NCBI RefSeq assembly: GCF_032444005.1
Contig: NC_091285.1
Span: 683,860,001-683,924,000, forward strand
Source of the DNA: Ranitomeya imitator
Taxonomy: Eukaryota
DNA length: 64,000 nt
Direction of reading: 5' to 3'
Below are positions 61,571 through 64,000 of the stretch, piece by piece. Positions within the stretch are counted from its first letter, which is position 1; each line of letters starts with the position of its first letter. The notes beneath the pieces are model-generated. The model made no database searches, was not told the DNA's origin, and saw only the letters and a list, made by a program, of their open reading frames with translations. The translations under genes and the position numbers were made by a program.

Positions 61571-61612
61571 ACGGCTACGCGTTTCGATCGGAGTGATCTT
61601 TATCAAAGCCAT
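61571..61612 (-). ncRNA. Hammerhead-ribozyme-like motif (minimal type I)
   Basis: AUGGC-U-UUGAUAA-A-GAUC(ACUCC)GAUC-GAAAC-GC-GUA-GCCGU. Confidence 0.6.
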
Positions 61613-61761
61613 ACCTGGATCAGGCAGCTTCTCCTACTTATAAGGAGGCTCACCCAACCAGATCATTCATTTGAGTCACATGGCAATTTGACAGGTCCTT
61701 TCATCTAAAATCATTGTTCTATATGTAACAACATAACAAAAATAAAGGATTAAAATCACAT

Positions 61762-63996
61762 TCAGCAATAATGTAACATAACTTCATGTCTTTTATTCAA
61801 TCCTGTTGGGACACAGGTGTTCAATTGGAAAATCCAATATGCTTCTCGTGTGAGAAGCCGGCGTCTAATGTCACCACCCCGACTAGGGGTATTAACCCGT
61901 TCTATGCCCTGAACCTGAAGAGTGACAGTGCTGCGTGCATGGTGCCTAACAAAATGTTTGGATGCTGCTGATATATTCCTGTCATTATTCTGAGTGTTAC
62001 CTATGTCATATAAATGTTCCCTAATGCGTGTTTTCAATTTTCTGGACGTACAGCCCACATACGACAGGTTACACTCTATACATTTGATTTTGTATACCAC
62101 ATTGCAAGAATTACAATTGATGTACTGCTTTATATCAAATTTGATAGTTTCATCCGCATTATAAAATGTCTTTTCAATACTGGCGAATTTACATGTGCTA
62201 CAATTTCGTGTGCCACACCTGAAAAATCCTGGATAATTTAACCAGGTTCTGATGGATTTATTTTTGGAGCAGAACAAGCTAGGGGCTATTTTATTACCAA
62301 TGGTCGGGGCTCTTCTCGACACCACATTAATGCCAGAATTTAGTATGTTATACAGCTGCGGATCTTCATATAAAATAGGTAAATATCTGTTGACAATATC
62401 TCTAATTCTAGCGAACTGCGGGCTATATTGGAAGCATATGTATGGCTTTTGTTCCATTTGTAAATTTCTATGCTTTTGTGCTGTAACTAGTTCTTTACGA
62501 TCTTTTCCTGCTACTATTTTTTTGGCCCGATTAATTGTCCATTGAGGGTATTGTCGATGTGTTAATTTATTTGCTATTTGCTCGATTTCACCCTTGAGAT
62601 CTTTTTCTGAGCTGCAATTCCTTTTAATCCTGGTGAACTCACCCACCGGAATTGATTTAATTGTATGCCTGCTATGGCTGCTTTTGGCATGCAGTATTGT
62701 GTTACCCCTCACTGGCTTGTGATGTGTTCTGGTGACGATATTTGAATCTATTTGCCCCGTGAGCTCCAGATCTAGAAATGATATACTTTTGCTATCTGCC
62801 CTATGCGTGAATCTAATATTGTACTCATTCTGATTCAGGTACTCCATGAAGCGCGGTATGGCAGACACATCCCCCTCCCATATCATGAGCGTATCATCAA
62901 TGTATCTGCCATACCACGCCACATATTCCAAATACGGATTGTTCACGGAAAAAACGCACTCCATCTCCCAGAAGGACATAACCAAATTAGGAAGGGAGGG
63001 AGAGTATTTCGCACCCATGGCCACTCCAGCTTGCTGCATATAAAATTGATTATCAAATGCAAAAAAATTACTAGTGAGCAAAAAATGTATTACCATCAGC
63101 AGATATTCAATCAAATCCTCAGAATACTGACTGAATTTGACAAGGTGATATTGGATCGCTCTTATTGCTAGATCGTGCGGGATGCATGTATATAAAGATA
63201 TAACGTCGCAGCAGAGCCAGGAATAATTTTTTTGCCATATCTTACCATCAAAAATACGTAATACCTCCTTAGAGTCTTTTATATATCCAGGGGAACGTTT
63301 TACAAGTGGCTGGAGGAGAGAGTCTACCCATTGACAGAGTCTTTCATTGCAGGACCCGATTCCAGATACTATGGGTCGCATTGGGGGAATCCCCTCTTTT
63401 TTATGTATTTTAGGGACCCCATATATTATAGGAGTGACTGGACATTCAACTATTAGATATTCCATTTGTGTTTTAGTTAATACCCCCAGATCGAATCCCT
63501 CCTTGATAATGACATCTCTCTTTTTAATAATTTCTTGTGAGGGATTATTTGTTAGTTTCTTATACGTGATTTGATCAGATAATAGTTCCAGCATTTTTTT
63601 CTGATAGTCCACTGTGTCCAATACCACTACCACCCCTCCCTTATCTGACATTTTAATTGTAAGATCTGGCATATTTTGTAGCTCTCTTATAGCGTTACGT
63701 TTTTTTATAGATATATTCTTAGGGTTGTATTTATTATTAGTTTTTATTTCCTTGTTTAATTGTCTGAGTTCCCTTTCTATGTTTTCTTGAAATTTGTCCA
63801 TACACTCAGATCTGGCCTGGATTGGATAATAGTAGGGATTTTTTGTAGTAAAATTCTTGGAAACATGCACCCGGTCACTATCCAGCAATGTATCTGAGCT
63901 GAGATCTTGTAGCGCAATTAGTGCTATTTGTTCTTTGAAGTCCATCTGTGAGTACTCATTATCCACCACTAATAAATTTATCCGCAACCTGACCAT
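61762..63996 (-). CDS. Penelope-like reverse transcriptase plus GIY-YIG endonuclease (5'-partial; frame open at the window edge)
   Basis: IKMSDKGG, YGVPKIHK, DVISLYT, GVAMGA and RYIDD motifs; VVYKIKC...YVGCT.R.LK.R..EH. Confidence 0.93.
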   Translation of the reverse strand: MVRLRINLLVVDNEYSQMDFKEQIALIALQDLSSDTLLDSDRVHVSKNFTTKNPYYYPIQARSECMDKFQENIERELRQLNKEIKTNNKYNPKNISIKKRNAIRELQNMPDLTIKMSDKGGVVVVLDTVDYQKKMLELLSDQITYKKLTNNPSQEIIKKRDVIIKEGFDLGVLTKTQMEYLIVECPVTPIIYGVPKIHKKEGIPPMRPIVSGIGSCNERLCQWVDSLLQPLVKRSPGYIKDSKEVLRIFDGKIWQKNYSWLCCDVISLYTCIPHDLAIRAIQYHLVKFSQYSEDLIEYLLMVIHFLLTSNFFAFDNQFYMQQAGVAMGAKYSPSLPNLVMSFWEMECVFSVNNPYLEYVAWYGRYIDDTLMIWEGDVSAIPRFMEYLNQNEYNIRFTHRADSKSISFLDLELTGQIDSNIVTRTHHKPVRGNTILHAKSSHSRHTIKSIPVGEFTRIKRNCSSEKDLKGEIEQIANKLTHRQYPQWTINRAKKIVAGKDRKELVTAQKHRNLQMEQKPYICFQYSPQFARIRDIVNRYLPILYEDPQLYNILNSGINVVSRRAPTIGNKIAPSLFCSKNKSIRTWLNYPGFFRCGTRNCSTCKFASIEKTFYNADETIKFDIKQYINCNSCNVVYKIKCIECNLSYVGCTSRKLKTRIREHLYDIGNTQNNDRNISAASKHFVRHHARSTVTLQVQGIERVNTPSRGGDIRRRLLTREAYWIFQLNTCVPTGLNKRHEVMLHYC

Positions 63997-64000
63997 CAGA

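Larger units (their letters stand above)
61441..64000 (-). mobile_element. Penelope-like retroelement, running past the window end
   Basis: RT plus GIY-YIG ORF and a pLTR-like 3' region with a hammerhead-like motif. Confidence 0.9.

Overview
Eukaryotic, repeat-saturated DNA. It is most likely from an anuran amphibian, inferred from the CR1/L2 tails, the T2/Kolobok-type MITEs and the vertebrate-type tRNAs. I found no host protein-coding gene. The backbone is a decaying tandem tRNA-gene array whose ~3-kb unit is Leu(AAG)+ / Gln(CTG)- / Ile(AAT)+. There are 17 tRNA loci, about 9 of them canonical, including one Thr(AGT). Part of the array has been copied as a ~4.4-kb-arm inverted duplication (28.3-32.7 kb vs 34.8-39.1 kb). 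Insertions into or beside the array are: a 17-bp satellite (1-3.8 kb); two young CR1 LINEs, one inside a tRNA-Gln gene; an L2 fragment abutting another tRNA-Gln; three Tc1 elements (two DD34E and one intact DD35E); an intact chromodomain Ty3/Gypsy element with a self-priming signature; a 4.5-kb non-autonomous piggyBac-like element with telomere-like repeats; an intact hAT transposase; a Penelope-like RT/GIY-YIG element with a hammerhead-like motif; a solo LTR; and many MITEs. Because the units are paralogous, they supply empty-site controls for many of these insertions. All identities are from reading by eye; no database search was run.
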